From Promethearchaeota archaeon (GTDB lineage Archaea > Asgardarchaeota > Lokiarchaeia > Sigyniarchaeales > SOKP01), in contig JBHLOI010000003.1 of assembly GCA_048940645.1 (NCBI GenBank), positions 1 to 64,000 on the forward strand: a stretch of DNA of 64,000 nt, given 5' to 3'. Position 1 is the stretch's first letter; each line of letters opens with the position of its first letter. The position numbers and the translations under genes were made by a program. The notes below the pieces were generated by a model. It was not told where the DNA came from and made no database searches. It saw nothing but the letters and a program-made list of their open reading frames with translations. This document shows, one piece after another, positions 9,503-21,847 of the stretch.

Positions 9503-10726
9503 ATGAAATCAGAAGTCTATTTTTTCACAGCACGTTCTCAAACATATAAAGACAGTATGAGCAAAATAAAAGGTCCCTTAGCATTAGAAAAACTTGGAAT
9601 TAGGGAAAACCTAAAGAAAAACGATAAAGTAGTTATTAAAACTCATTTCGGAGCATTAGAAAATACTAGATACCTTAGGCCTTCATATATTCGATTTTTA
9701 TGTGATTTTATTAAAGATTTTGGCGGAGTCCCTTCAGTTGCAGAATCTTGTGGTTGGGGATTACCTGAAAGTATTTCCAGAACTCATACAGAATATAGTG
9801 GTCGAGCAAATGAAGGAGAATATTTACAAACAGCATTAATGCATGGGTTTACACAAGAAACCATGGGAGCTCCAATATTAATGTTAGATGGACCACATGG
9901 AATTGATTATAATATTCAGCAAATTAATGGGAATTTACTTAAAGAGGTTTTTGTAGCAGGACGTTTAAGAGAGTTTAATCATATGGTGTTAGCAACTCAT
10001 TTTAAAGGGCATTTGGGAGCTGGCTTCGGAGGTGCTTTGAAAAACTTAGGTATTGGGTGTGTCGCTAAAGGCCAAAAAATTCGTGCTCATTTAGGCACAA
10101 TCTTTGATTATGACTTAAGTAAATGTAGTGAAGATTGTCATAAATGCGTAGAGGTTTGTCCAACTGGTGCTTTAAGTAAAGGAGTCGATAAAATTCTTAA
10201 AAAGAATTGGGATAAATGCCGCTATTGCTATATGTGCAGATCCATATGTGATAAAGGTGTAATTGATACGGGATCAACTACTACAGAAGATTTTATATAT
10301 AGATTTGTAGATAATGCTAAGGGTGTTGTTGATTATTTTGGTAAAGACAAGATTTTTTATATAAATTATGCTATTGATATTACTTGGCAATGTGATTGCG
10401 GATCTTCTGATGTTCCATTCATTCCAGATATAGGTGTATTATCATCTCATGATCCTGTAGCAATTGATCAAGCTTGTATTGATTTAGCACATAAATCTAG
10501 TTTTAATCCAAATTCAGTGCTGGGTGATATTAAAAGTTTGAGAAATAATAGCAATGATTGGTTTTCTTATATTCCAAGATTCGATCCTCAATCTGGAGAG
10601 CTAGATTTTAATTTAGTTGGAAAAAAGTTAAAGAATTGGGAAACACAATTAAGAGTTGCTGAAGAAATTGGTTTAGGAACAAGAAATTATAGCTTAATAC
10701 AAGTTGAGATTGAAAATAAGAGATAA
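9503..10726 (+). CDS. DUF362 family Fe-S protein with inserted 2x[4Fe-4S] ferredoxin domain
   Basis: IKTHFG, THFKGH..AGFGGALKNLGIGC, CxxCxxxCP motifs, CDC, DPVAIDQA. Confidence 0.88.
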   Translation: MKSEVYFFTARSQTYKDSMSKIKGPLALEKLGIRENLKKNDKVVIKTHFGALENTRYLRPSYIRFLCDFIKDFGGVPSVAESCGWGLPESISRTHTEYSGRANEGEYLQTALMHGFTQETMGAPILMLDGPHGIDYNIQQINGNLLKEVFVAGRLREFNHMVLATHFKGHLGAGFGGALKNLGIGCVAKGQKIRAHLGTIFDYDLSKCSEDCHKCVEVCPTGALSKGVDKILKKNWDKCRYCYMCRSICDKGVIDTGSTTTEDFIYRFVDNAKGVVDYFGKDKIFYINYAIDITWQCDCGSSDVPFIPDIGVLSSHDPVAIDQACIDLAHKSSFNPNSVLGDIKSLRNNSNDWFSYIPRFDPQSGELDFNLVGKKLKNWETQLRVAEEIGLGTRNYSLIQVEIENKR

Positions 10727-10780
10727 GAAATAACCCTATAGAAACTTTTAAAGAAGAAAAAGAAAGAAGTTTTAATACAT

Positions 10781-12121
10781 TTAAGAAGATATATGTAAGT
10801 TTGTAAACGCAATATATGGAAAAAGAGTATTTTCTGCAAACTCACGCTCTTTAGAGATATAAACACAATTATTTACCATTTGTAAGACGTTTCCACTAAC
10901 ATTTCCTAGTTTTATTGGATTCTTAAATTCGCCGTTTTGAATATAATATCCATTTCTTATTTCTGCGCCAAAAAATCCCGATATGGGATCTGGATTTAGC
11001 CATGAAAACTTCTCAATATAGTATCCCTCATCTATATTTGAAATCATCTCATCTTTAGAAATTTCACCAGGAAGAATAGAAAAATTACTTATACTATTAG
11101 TAACTGAACCATCATCATCTCTAATGCCATTTCCAGTTGATATTGCATTTTCTAACATAGCATATTTTTGATCATATAATCGATTTTTAAAAATTCCTTG
11201 ATTAATTATTTCAGTTTTTTGATGAGGATTACCCTCTCCATCCCAAGGGGAGGTATTTAGTCCACCTTCTAATAATCCATTATCTTGTAATGAAAATTTA
11301 TCTGAAGCAACCTTATTTTCTAGATTAAATGCTGATATGCCTTCAAAATGAGTAAATCCTAATGTATGAAAACCTATTACCGAATTTATAGCAATTTTTA
11401 ACACATGAGGAGGAAATATTACACACGTTTTAGGATTGGGTTTTGGCAATTCTGCTGTCAAATTATCTACAGCTAGAATTGCCCACTTTTTGATTCTACG
11501 TTCAAAATCTAAATGTTCTCTCTCTTTAAAATAGTTAGAAGTCCAATATTCGGCTAATTTATTAGATTTTTCAGCTTTTAAGGATAATTCACAGAAGAAA
11601 AAAGTTTTTGAAGCCTTAAGATTAAGTTGATTACTATTTCTTAGGAATGAATTATGGATTTGAATTCTGAACCGTCCAAAAGTAGGAAGTACTTTTTTTT
11701 GTTCATTTACTACTTTTAGTAATTCCTCACATAAATCCTTTTTAATTCCTTCAGGATCATTTAATACTTTTTTATCTACCATTGAAATTTCTGGAATGGA
11801 TTTCTGTTCAGGGAAAGTATATTTAGGAATTGCGTTAGTTTTTGATGTTCTTAAACAAGTTTCTATAGTATTATCAATATCTCGAGGTTTCATAGAATTC
11901 CCTTTGATTATACCAATCCCTGTTTTGTCTTCGCTTTGATTTAAAATTCTTATAAAATATTCTGCATTGTTGAGTTCTCTTTCATTATCAGGTTTATTTT
12001 TTAGGAAAATTGTTTCATAACTTTTCCTTTCTATTAAGAAGATTTCATATTGGGAGACATTTTTTGCTTTTAATCTTTTTTCTATAATCTCTAAATTCAT
12101 TTTGGACATTTCATTGTTCAC
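10781..12121 (-). CDS. pmbA: PmbA/TldE family protein
   Basis: PWDGEG, STGNG, SGFFG, NVSGNV; 4-nt overlap with tldD. Confidence 0.85.
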   Translation of the reverse strand: MNNEMSKMNLEIIEKRLKAKNVSQYEIFLIERKSYETIFLKNKPDNERELNNAEYFIRILNQSEDKTGIGIIKGNSMKPRDIDNTIETCLRTSKTNAIPKYTFPEQKSIPEISMVDKKVLNDPEGIKKDLCEELLKVVNEQKKVLPTFGRFRIQIHNSFLRNSNQLNLKASKTFFFCELSLKAEKSNKLAEYWTSNYFKEREHLDFERRIKKWAILAVDNLTAELPKPNPKTCVIFPPHVLKIAINSVIGFHTLGFTHFEGISAFNLENKVASDKFSLQDNGLLEGGLNTSPWDGEGNPHQKTEIINQGIFKNRLYDQKYAMLENAISTGNGIRDDDGSVTNSISNFSILPGEISKDEMISNIDEGYYIEKFSWLNPDPISGFFGAEIRNGYYIQNGEFKNPIKLGNVSGNVLQMVNNCVYISKEREFAENTLFPYIAFTNLHISS

Positions 12122-13500
12122 CCTTGGCTTATTATTGCATTATTTACTCTAACATAGCTTCCCCCGGAACTTACTGGAATAAGATCCTCGCTGCCTTTTC
12201 CACATGTACCCCCATCTAATTTTAAAGTATCTTTACTTATGGCATCAATATTTTGTAACAATTCTAAAACAGACCCACTCAAAGCAATTGATCTCAATAT
12301 TTTAGTTTTTTCTCCATGTTCTATTAAATAGCCTTTTTTAGAAGTTACTTGCATTCCCCCACCTATAGGATCTTCCATACCAAAATTTGCATGTATTAGC
12401 ATTACACCCTTTTGAATTTCTGATATCATCTCATCTAGTTCATGATCTCCTGATTCAAAATAAGTGTTAGACATACGTACATTTATAGGATGAGCAAAAC
12501 TTTCTCTGCGTCCATTTCCTTGGGGGATAGTATTAAGTTCTGAGGCAGATCTTCTATCATATATGAAATTTTTTAGGATACCATTTTCTACCAAAACATT
12601 TTTCCCTGCTCGAATCCCCTCGTCATCGAAAAAATATGAGCCAATAGGTCCTCTTAATGAAGGAGTATCATAAATTTTACACATCTCTGAAGCTACCTTT
12701 TTATGAAGATTGTGTTTTAAATAACTTCTTTCTCTTAATATTTGATCAGCTTCAAGTCCGTGTCCAAAACTCTCATGAGCAATAATACCTGTCAAACTTG
12801 GATCTAAAATAACGGTTGATCTACCTGAGGGTGGAGCTTTTGCCTTTAACATATCTAATGAATTTTGAGCAATCGTATCTAGCTTTTCAGTAGTAATTTG
12901 GTCAAAAAGTTCAAATCCAATTTCACCATTCTTAGCATAATAATCATAATCTACTAAAGCACCTTCTCTTGCAATTGGAATAATGAAAAATTTTATTCTG
13001 GGGATAACTTGCCTTAAGAGGCTTCCCTCATTGTTAGAAAAAATTCGTTCTATTTGAAACTCATTATATCTAACTTCTGTTCTAACTATTTTATTGTCAA
13101 AATGCTGCACATATTCATATATCTCTCTGATCTTCTCTAATTTTTTGTGTATTGATATTTTGGAGGCATCTTTTTTTGGTGTTATTTCTTTATTTAATTT
13201 CCAACTCTCAAACTCTGCTATTTTATTCCCCATATTTGAAACTTTAGGCATCAATTTTTGAATTTTTTTGATATCAGAGAGATTATCAGATGCTATTTCT
13301 CTCCATGATCCTAAGAAAGTTCGGGCGACAATACCAGAAGTTTTATTATTTATAGAAATATTCTCCGCGGAAGGTGATTTTGTAATTTGAATGGATGAGA
13401 TAGAATCATAAAGAATATCAAAGTATTGATTTTTCCGTTTGAACCCATTTGATATTTCTTCAAAAAGAGAGAAAATTTCATCGTAATATTTCTTACTCAT
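12118..13500 (-). CDS. tldD: TldD family metalloprotease
   Basis: HESFGHGLEAD (HExxxH), FDDEG, GNGRRES, RMSNTY, CGKG. Confidence 0.92.
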   Translation of the reverse strand: MSKKYYDEIFSLFEEISNGFKRKNQYFDILYDSISSIQITKSPSAENISINNKTSGIVARTFLGSWREIASDNLSDIKKIQKLMPKVSNMGNKIAEFESWKLNKEITPKKDASKISIHKKLEKIREIYEYVQHFDNKIVRTEVRYNEFQIERIFSNNEGSLLRQVIPRIKFFIIPIAREGALVDYDYYAKNGEIGFELFDQITTEKLDTIAQNSLDMLKAKAPPSGRSTVILDPSLTGIIAHESFGHGLEADQILRERSYLKHNLHKKVASEMCKIYDTPSLRGPIGSYFFDDEGIRAGKNVLVENGILKNFIYDRRSASELNTIPQGNGRRESFAHPINVRMSNTYFESGDHELDEMISEIQKGVMLIHANFGMEDPIGGGMQVTSKKGYLIEHGEKTKILRSIALSGSVLELLQNIDAISKDTLKLDGGTCGKGSEDLIPVSSGGSYVRVNNAIISQG

Positions 13501-13629
13501 AATTAATCAGTCTAAATTTTTAAGTTCAATTAAAAATAGTTGAAAAAATATAATTAAAGAGAATTTAAATTATATACCAATTTTCCTTGACTTTATATCT
13601 TATTAAGATTAAGAAAAAGAAGGAGTATA

Positions 13630-14550
13630 TTACTTTTTTTGCTCAGAATTATTGTTATTAGAAGCATCTTCTAGAATAGTTATCCTTTTTTCGAGAATTG
13701 TCATAGTTTCTATTATGTTGTTAATACTGTTATTTAATTCCTTTATTTCATTTTGAATAATTCCTAGTTGATTTAATGTAAAGGAGAAGACATTAGATTC
13801 TTCAACAGGTTTCAATAACCAATCAAAGCAGTTTTGTAGGAAAAGATGATTATCCAGTGCGTTTATTCCGATATTAAGATCATTAGTAAATATGTCAATA
13901 TCACCGATGGCAATGATTTTTCCTTGTCCATATTCTGTATATGCTGCTAGAATTTGTTGCTGTTCTTGATCTTTAACCCATTGCTCTTTTGAACTCTTGA
14001 ATATCTCTGACCATACATTTTTTTCATTAGATAGTATTAATGGTTTACTATTCTTATTTAAAAATAAAGAACAAGTACCTCCAATAACCATTTCTCTTAA
14101 ATTATTTAAAACTTCATTTTCTTGGAAATTTTGTATATGCGTTATACTCGTGCTATTTAGATCAATGGAATTTAATTCTTTAACAAGGTTTTTTTCAAAA
14201 AAAATCCCGAAGTTAGTTCCAGATAGATCATTCAAATTTGTTTTTTGAAGATAATCAGCACCATATTCACTAATCAACAATAAGCTGCCTCCAATCCTAA
14301 CATAATTACAAATGTCTTTGATTTCTATATTTGAAAAATAATCATCAATGGGATTACCAATAACTAAGATATCAATGTTTTCTAGCAATTTACTTGTTAG
14401 ATTTTTATTCTCATTTTTTTTTATCTTCAAATTATACTGTTTGAGAAGATTTAAAAAATCAGAGTAGTCATTTTCATTAATATCTAACATTTCATTATGA
14501 AATAGATCGAAAAGAATAGTTCTCTCAAGCATTTTTTCTATAAATTTCAA
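13630..14550 (-). CDS. GldG/IFT52 (GIFT, GATase-like) domain protein with C-terminal coiled coil
   Basis: ILFDLFHNE, DILVIGNP..FSNIEI...YVRIGGSLL, GQGKIIAIGDIDIF, DN..F..N...WL pattern; heptad-like tail. Confidence 0.6.
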   Translation of the reverse strand: MKFIEKMLERTILFDLFHNEMLDINENDYSDFLNLLKQYNLKIKKNENKNLTSKLLENIDILVIGNPIDDYFSNIEIKDICNYVRIGGSLLLISEYGADYLQKTNLNDLSGTNFGIFFEKNLVKELNSIDLNSTSITHIQNFQENEVLNNLREMVIGGTCSLFLNKNSKPLILSNEKNVWSEIFKSSKEQWVKDQEQQQILAAYTEYGQGKIIAIGDIDIFTNDLNIGINALDNHLFLQNCFDWLLKPVEESNVFSFTLNQLGIIQNEIKELNNSINNIIETMTILEKRITILEDASNNNNSEQKK

Positions 14551-14680
14551 GTAAATTATTATTTAAAAATTATTGTATTGCTAACCTAAGGACTAAAAAC
14601 TTTTTAAATCTTAATGAATAATCCATTTTGGAACACATAAATGATATTAAATTTAATTTAAACAAATCTAAATTTGAGAT

Positions 14681-16021
<1,341 letters not shown>

Positions 16022-16025
16022 ACAA

Positions 16026-16541
16026 TTAATTTTTTAATTTTTTTTCTAATTCAATCTCATCTCTAATTTCAATATCATAAAAACCTAGCACCGGGATTTC
16101 AGGTTTTAATTTTCTTGAATCCTTAATGGAATCAATATATATCGCTTTAATTCGGAATCCCTTCTTTTGATAAAAACGCAGAGCATTGAGATTATCATTA
16201 GTTGTAATTACCCATATTCGTTTAGCCTTTTTTGATTGCATAAATGACTCTAATGATCTTAATAAGTACGTTCCTATTCCGATCTTTTCAATTAGACTAT
16301 TCAATGTTATAATTTCACATTCTCGATTTTTAATATTATATGTTAAAAGCCCCACTTTTTCATTCTTATAAATTGCAATAAAACCAGGAAGATCTTCAAT
16401 ATCATGAGATCTTCCGCGAGTAACTACTCTACTTGATGACCATTCTTCCTTAACAAGTTGGGAAATCCATTTTCGATCATCCTCTTCTACTAGTCGGATA
16501 CGAATTTTTTTACTTTTATTTGAAATAAATAGGCTCACCAC
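16026..16541 (-). CDS. GNAT family acetyltransferase
   Basis: KIGIGTYLL and TTNDNLNALRFYQKKGF motifs. Confidence 0.88.
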   Translation of the reverse strand: MVSLFISNKSKKIRIRLVEEDDRKWISQLVKEEWSSSRVVTRGRSHDIEDLPGFIAIYKNEKVGLLTYNIKNRECEIITLNSLIEKIGIGTYLLRSLESFMQSKKAKRIWVITTNDNLNALRFYQKKGFRIKAIYIDSIKDSRKLKPEIPVLGFYDIEIRDEIELEKKLKN

Positions 16542-16572
16542 TTAATTCATCTTTCTTGTTGCTAAATTCCGT

Positions 16573-17130
16573 TTATTTGAAACAAATTAAACCAAATCTG
16601 TAAGCATTGTTAACAGGAGGCCATTCTATTTTAATATTTATATTCTTTACTGTTTTATCAACATCTATTCCAACAGCTTCCATTGAATATCTTATCTTAT
16701 TTGGATAACGACAAGGTATATTTTGAACATAGGTGCATATTTTGTTTTCTTTATAACAAAGTCTACAATAACCATCCCATAAAATTAATTTATCATCATA
16801 ATATTCTTGATAAGTATCTAAAAAATTCCATATCTCTTTTTCTAGATTATCCCGAATAATATCCTTACGATAGAATGATTTCCTTATAGAATCCTCGCTT
16901 TTTTGTGGATTCATTAATTTAATCTGCTGTATATACTTTTTAAGATTGAAGATGTAATATATCAAGAAGAATCTATCAAATTGAGAGACTTCCGATTCCA
17001 TGTAGGGTGCTTCAGGAGGACATGCCCATGAATGGCTATAATTTGGACATCTGAATCTTGGATTATTACAGTAAGTCTGGACTTTAGGATCAAAAATAAT
17101 ATCTTTCAAACTAATTTTAATTACTGGCAA
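16573..17130 (-). CDS. DUF2284 metal-binding protein
   Basis: CPNY..SWACPP, GYCRLC, CRYP...RYSMEAVGIDV. Confidence 0.85.
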   Translation of the reverse strand: MPVIKISLKDIIFDPKVQTYCNNPRFRCPNYSHSWACPPEAPYMESEVSQFDRFFLIYYIFNLKKYIQQIKLMNPQKSEDSIRKSFYRKDIIRDNLEKEIWNFLDTYQEYYDDKLILWDGYCRLCYKENKICTYVQNIPCRYPNKIRYSMEAVGIDVDKTVKNINIKIEWPPVNNAYRFGLICFK

Positions 17131-17306
17131 AAGATCATATTTCTTACTTCGAAATGAATTAATTCAAATGAATGATGATTTTATAAAAAGCATTACTTTT
17201 ATTGTTAATAACTATAAAGTGTTTAAAAGATATAAGCCTTTTAAAGAATAAAAAATAAATAGAATAATATATCATCTTTTTAATCCATTAAATTAAGTCT
17301 AAAAAT

Positions 17307-17960
17307 GTGTTTAAAATGAAGTTATTGAAAGAAAAGAAAAATGAATTAACTGAAATAAATAATGAATTTTTAACAGAAACATTGGTTGGTATTGAAACTC
17401 TCCATAATGCAACTAATCAATTTATTAATGATAAATTAAATAAGAATGAACTTGAGGATGTAATCCTGTCAGAAAAAAAATGCGACCGTATTAAAGAAAA
17501 GTATGTTCAAGTCCTATTTAAAGATAAAAGAGCACTTCCGTTCTTAGTAGAAGATAGATTTAATATTCTTATGAAGCTAGATCAAGTTAATGACAAAACA
17601 GAATTTTTTGCTCGGTTTCTCCAAGTTTATCCATTCAAGCTGTATGCTGACATTAAGGAAAAGTTTATAGCATTATGCGATTCTTGTTATAGAACAGTTA
17701 AAGAATTGATAAATTGTGCTACATTAATAGAAACGGATTTTGATGCAGCCTATAAAGTAACGTTTAACGTAGAATCAATTAGAAGAGAAGCTCGTAAAGC
17801 AAAATTTGAATTATTAGATATTCTGTTTAAAAAAAAAGATGATCCTACTAAGATTTACCTAACTTCTAAACTTGTGACATATATTTATGATATTGCTTCT
17901 TGGGCCGAACAAACTTCAGATTATTTAAGAGGATTAATAATAAAATATCCAACAAGATAA
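17307..17960 (+). CDS. DUF47 / PhoU-like phosphate transport regulator
   Basis: EKKCD and EDR motifs, helical repeat, directly upstream of a Pit transporter. Confidence 0.8.
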   Translation: MFKMKLLKEKKNELTEINNEFLTETLVGIETLHNATNQFINDKLNKNELEDVILSEKKCDRIKEKYVQVLFKDKRALPFLVEDRFNILMKLDQVNDKTEFFARFLQVYPFKLYADIKEKFIALCDSCYRTVKELINCATLIETDFDAAYKVTFNVESIRREARKAKFELLDILFKKKDDPTKIYLTSKLVTYIYDIASWAEQTSDYLRGLIIKYPTR

Positions 17961-17981
17961 ATTATAGACGGTAGAAAAGAT

Positions 17982-18956
17982 ATGGACCTAATATATATCA
18001 TTGCTATTTTTTTGGTTATTTCAATCATAATTAGTTTTGGAATAGGTGCTAATGATGAAACTATGGCTACGTTATATGGTTCAAAAACATTAAATATGAA
18101 AGAATTACTTATTCTCGCAACTATCTTTGCAATTTTGGGCGCATTAATATTAGGAAAGGGTGTAAGTGAAACTGTAGGGAATAATCTATTATCAACTGAA
18201 GTTGTGGTTACAACTTCAATTGTTTTAACAATACTAATTTCTACATCCATTTGGTTAATTGTTTCTTCCGCATTAGGTTTGCCAATTTCTACTACACACG
18301 CAACAATTGGCTCAATTATCGGAGTAGGACTTTTATTAGGTGGAGGTTTTGGAATAAATTGGCTTACTATTTTGGAGATGGGGATTTGGTGGATATTGTC
18401 GCCAATTATAGGCTATGTTGTTACTTATTTTGCGTATAAAGTAATTCACAAGGTGATTATTAATCGTCTCTCAGGTTTTAGAAGTTTTGAAAAAACAGAA
18501 AAATATTTCTCTTATATTCTACTAGGTGTTATCTGTTGGACTGCTTTTTCAAGAGCCGGGAATGACTGTTCAAATGCAGTTGGCATTGTGGTTGGCGCTG
18601 GAGCAGGAATAGATATTACTATCTTATTAATAATTACTGGGCTTAGCTTTGCAAGTGGGATAGTGATTTTAGGAAGAGGAGTCATAAAAAATGTTGGAAC
18701 AATTACAGAACTTCATCCCAGTACTGCTTTTGCTAGTGAAATTCCTACCGCAGTTATATTATTCTTTGGAACCTTATTAGGAATCCCATTATCCGGTTCA
18801 CATATGTTAGTCGCATCCTTGGTTGGATTAGCTAAAGCTAGAAGAGCACCAATGAGCAAGGGTTTATGGAAAATAATTCTAATATGGCTAATCACTTTTC
18901 CAGCAGCAGCAATTCTTTCTATTGTGATCTTTTTTCCTATTAATATGATTATATAA
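17982..18956 (+). CDS. pit: Inorganic phosphate transporter (PiT family)
   Basis: GIGANDE, GLPISTTHA, GNDCSNAVG and GIPLSGSH signature repeats. Confidence 0.92.
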   Translation: MDLIYIIAIFLVISIIISFGIGANDETMATLYGSKTLNMKELLILATIFAILGALILGKGVSETVGNNLLSTEVVVTTSIVLTILISTSIWLIVSSALGLPISTTHATIGSIIGVGLLLGGGFGINWLTILEMGIWWILSPIIGYVVTYFAYKVIHKVIINRLSGFRSFEKTEKYFSYILLGVICWTAFSRAGNDCSNAVGIVVGAGAGIDITILLIITGLSFASGIVILGRGVIKNVGTITELHPSTAFASEIPTAVILFFGTLLGIPLSGSHMLVASLVGLAKARRAPMSKGLWKIILIWLITFPAAAILSIVIFFPINMII

Positions 18957-19004
18957 TCTTTTATTTTAATTTTAAAGGAAAATTACTTCGACAAATAATA
19001 AGAA

Positions 19005-20381
19005 TTATAACGGGAGTTTTTCAAATTTAGCTTGAAAGAATCTCAAATATTTTGGTTCATAAACCATTTTCAAACCCTTAATCATGTCTCGTTTTTCAAA
19101 AAGTCGAATTATTGATTTAGCAGTATATTCCATGTGAGTATTTGTGTAAACCCTGCGAGGAATGGTTAATCGGACTAATTCCAATGGTGGAAAAATGTTT
19201 TCCCCTGTTTCCTTATCTCTTCCCTTTGAGACAGCTCCTCGCTCCATACTCCGCACTGCTGAATCCTCATATATAGCCGCAGCTAACGTCTGAGCTGGCC
19301 ATTGGTCTCTTGAAAGGTGGGGTAAGATTTTCAATGCGTTGAGAAATACAGCATGTCCACCAATTGGCTTGACAATGGGTACTCCTGCATCCATAAGTAT
19401 TTCTCCCAAATAACGTACTTGGTTAATACGATATTTGAGATAATTATATTCTGCTCCTTCTCTCAAACCACGCGATAAGGCCTCCAGATCCCTTCCAGCA
19501 AGTCCCCCGTAAGTGTGGAGCCCTTCATAAACTACTACCATGCTTCTGGTATGTTCGAAAATATCTTTCTCGTTTGTAGCAAGAAATCCACCAATGTTTA
19601 CTAAACAATCCTTTTTAGAACTATAAATACACCCATCGGAATAACTCATCATTTCTCTGAGAATATCTATAATTGGTGTATTTTCATACCCTTTTTCGCG
19701 TTCACGGATGAAATAGGCATTTTCACTTGACCGAGTTGCATCGAAAATAATTCTTAATTTATAATCATCGCAAAATTCTCGTAATTTTCTTAAATTCTCC
19801 ATAGAAATAGGTTGCCCTCCAGCCATATTAACGTCCATTTCTACGTTAACAAACGCAATTTTTTCAACACCATACTGATCAATGAATGTTTGTAGTTTTT
19901 GAAGATCAACGTTTCCTTTAAACGGGTGTTCATTTTCTGGATCATGTGCTTCATCAATAATGATATCCACCATTTTCCCTCCAGGTAATTCAACATGAAC
20001 TTTTGAAGTAGTAAAGTACATATTTCGAGGGACAAGCTGATCTGGTTCTACCAGATAACTATACATTAAATGTTCTGCTGCACGTCCTTGATGAGTAGGT
20101 ACAACATATTTAAAACCTAGAACATCTTGTACTGATTTCTCCAAATGATAAAAGTTTCGTGCTCCAGCATATGCTTCATCTCCCAACATTAAACCTGCCC
20201 ATTGGTTATCAGACATCGCCGAAGTACCTGAGTCAGTTAATAAGTCAATGAAAACATCTTCAGACTTTAGCAAAAATGTATTATAACCTGCTTCTTGAAT
20301 TGCTTCTTTTCTTCTGTTTTCATCTGGCATTCCCACATGTTCTATCATTTTAATTTTAAAAGGCTCAACAGGACCATTCAT
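19005..20381 (-). CDS. tpl: Tyrosine phenol-lyase (beta-eliminating lyase family)
   Basis: EPFKIK, IDLLTDSGT, PTHQGR, SKKD PLP lysine; MYFTT, SMERG..S.GR and LRFF match TPL rather than tryptophanase (FDTT, RHF). Confidence 0.85.
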   Translation of the reverse strand: MNGPVEPFKIKMIEHVGMPDENRRKEAIQEAGYNTFLLKSEDVFIDLLTDSGTSAMSDNQWAGLMLGDEAYAGARNFYHLEKSVQDVLGFKYVVPTHQGRAAEHLMYSYLVEPDQLVPRNMYFTTSKVHVELPGGKMVDIIIDEAHDPENEHPFKGNVDLQKLQTFIDQYGVEKIAFVNVEMDVNMAGGQPISMENLRKLREFCDDYKLRIIFDATRSSENAYFIREREKGYENTPIIDILREMMSYSDGCIYSSKKDCLVNIGGFLATNEKDIFEHTRSMVVVYEGLHTYGGLAGRDLEALSRGLREGAEYNYLKYRINQVRYLGEILMDAGVPIVKPIGGHAVFLNALKILPHLSRDQWPAQTLAAAIYEDSAVRSMERGAVSKGRDKETGENIFPPLELVRLTIPRRVYTNTHMEYTAKSIIRLFEKRDMIKGLKMVYEPKYLRFFQAKFEKLPL

Positions 20382-20600
20382 ATTCTAAAACACAATATTC
20401 TTTATTTAAATGATATAATATCATAGAATAGAAAAAGATTTCTGTAATTTCTTCCCATGGTTTTCCCATAGAGCGGAAAATCTCTCTAAATTCATTAATA
20501 CCAAAGAAGAAATTAAAGAGAATAGATGAATTGGATTTGAAATTGATCTGTTTGATTGGAATCTGGTTTATGAAAAGATAAAAAGAAGAACAAGTAAAAT

Positions 20601-21035
20601 TTAAAATTGAATTTTTTTAATGTTATCTTCCGAATTACTAATACCTTTAAGGATACAATTCTTTAACCTTAAATTACTAAAGTTGAAAACACTGTTTTTT
20701 AAAATAATACAGTTTTCGAACTTTAAATTTTCTCCAATCTTTACATTCTCAAAAACAATCGAATTTGAAATTTCTACGTAATTTCCGATTTCCGAATTAG
20801 TTCCTATAAATACATTTGGCCCTAGGAGGACATCATCTCCAATTTTAACGTTATCTTCTAAAAAAACAGGTTCAATAAAAGTAGGATAATCACCAATATA
20901 ATTTTCAATTTTATTTTTAATTTTTGATAAAAATGAATTAAACAATGTTTTTAAGCCAATAGTTTTAATATTTTCGGGATGATTTAATATTTCTTCAAGT
21001 TCCATTTTTTTTTTTTTCATAGAGTCCATCTTCAT
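20601..21035 (-). CDS. Left-handed beta-helix (hexapeptide repeat) protein
   Basis: VKIGDD/VLLGPN/VFIGTN/SEIGNY repeats, no nucleotidyltransferase domain. Confidence 0.75.
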   Translation of the reverse strand: MKMDSMKKKKMELEEILNHPENIKTIGLKTLFNSFLSKIKNKIENYIGDYPTFIEPVFLEDNVKIGDDVLLGPNVFIGTNSEIGNYVEISNSIVFENVKIGENLKFENCIILKNSVFNFSNLRLKNCILKGISNSEDNIKKIQF

Positions 21036-21061
21036 TATCTATCTCCAAGATTTTATTAAAA

Positions 21062-21778
21062 TTATAATCCCATTAATTCAATTAATTTATCAATATTATC
21101 TCCTCTCCTAGCACTAGTAGTAATTACATCTATATTTGGATTAATTTTTTTAGCATCATTAATCATTTTACTAAGATTTGTACCTAATCTCTCTATTAGA
21201 TCAATTTTGTTTATAACGGCAATATCCGACATTTTAAAAAGCATTGGATGTTTTTCAATAACCCATTCTCCTTCTGTGATTGAAACAATCACAATACGTT
21301 TATCTGTTCCAAGAGTAAACTCAGATGGACATATTAAGTTTCCGACATTTTCGATAAAGACGATATCATAATCTTTTAAATCTTTATTTTTAATAATTTG
21401 GTGAATATGATATGCGTTTAAAGCACATTCTCGACCAGTATTAATTTGAATCGTCTCTGCATTATGTTGTTCTATACGATTGGCATCTACTCTAGTTGTG
21501 ATATCACCACAAATAACAAATATTCGATAACTTAAACCTAATTTCTCAGATATTCTCTCTAAAATTGCAGTTTTGCCTGCACCTATAGCACCAACGATAT
21601 CATAAGATTTTATGTTATGAGTTTTAAATTTTCTATTTAACTGTTCAGCTAATTTTTTATTATTTTTTTCTACTTCTTTTTTCGTTTGAATTACTTGATC
21701 TCTGATTTCATCTGTAGCTAAATTAGTGCTCTCGAGTTCTTTAATTCTTGAAAATTCCTTTTCTTCTCTTTCTTGCAT
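21062..21778 (-). CDS. hypB: Hydrogenase nickel incorporation GTPase HypB
   Basis: GAIGAGKT, QINTGREC, IENVGNLICP, SITEG, NKID. Confidence 0.9.
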   Translation of the reverse strand: MQEREEKEFSRIKELESTNLATDEIRDQVIQTKKEVEKNNKKLAEQLNRKFKTHNIKSYDIVGAIGAGKTAILERISEKLGLSYRIFVICGDITTRVDANRIEQHNAETIQINTGRECALNAYHIHQIIKNKDLKDYDIVFIENVGNLICPSEFTLGTDKRIVIVSITEGEWVIEKHPMLFKMSDIAVINKIDLIERLGTNLSKMINDAKKINPNIDVITTSARRGDNIDKLIELMGL

Positions 21779-21847
21779 TTAAAGGATTAAAATATTTTGT
21801 TTTGATTAATCAAATATATAATTGAAAAAAAATTTACCTATTAAGGA

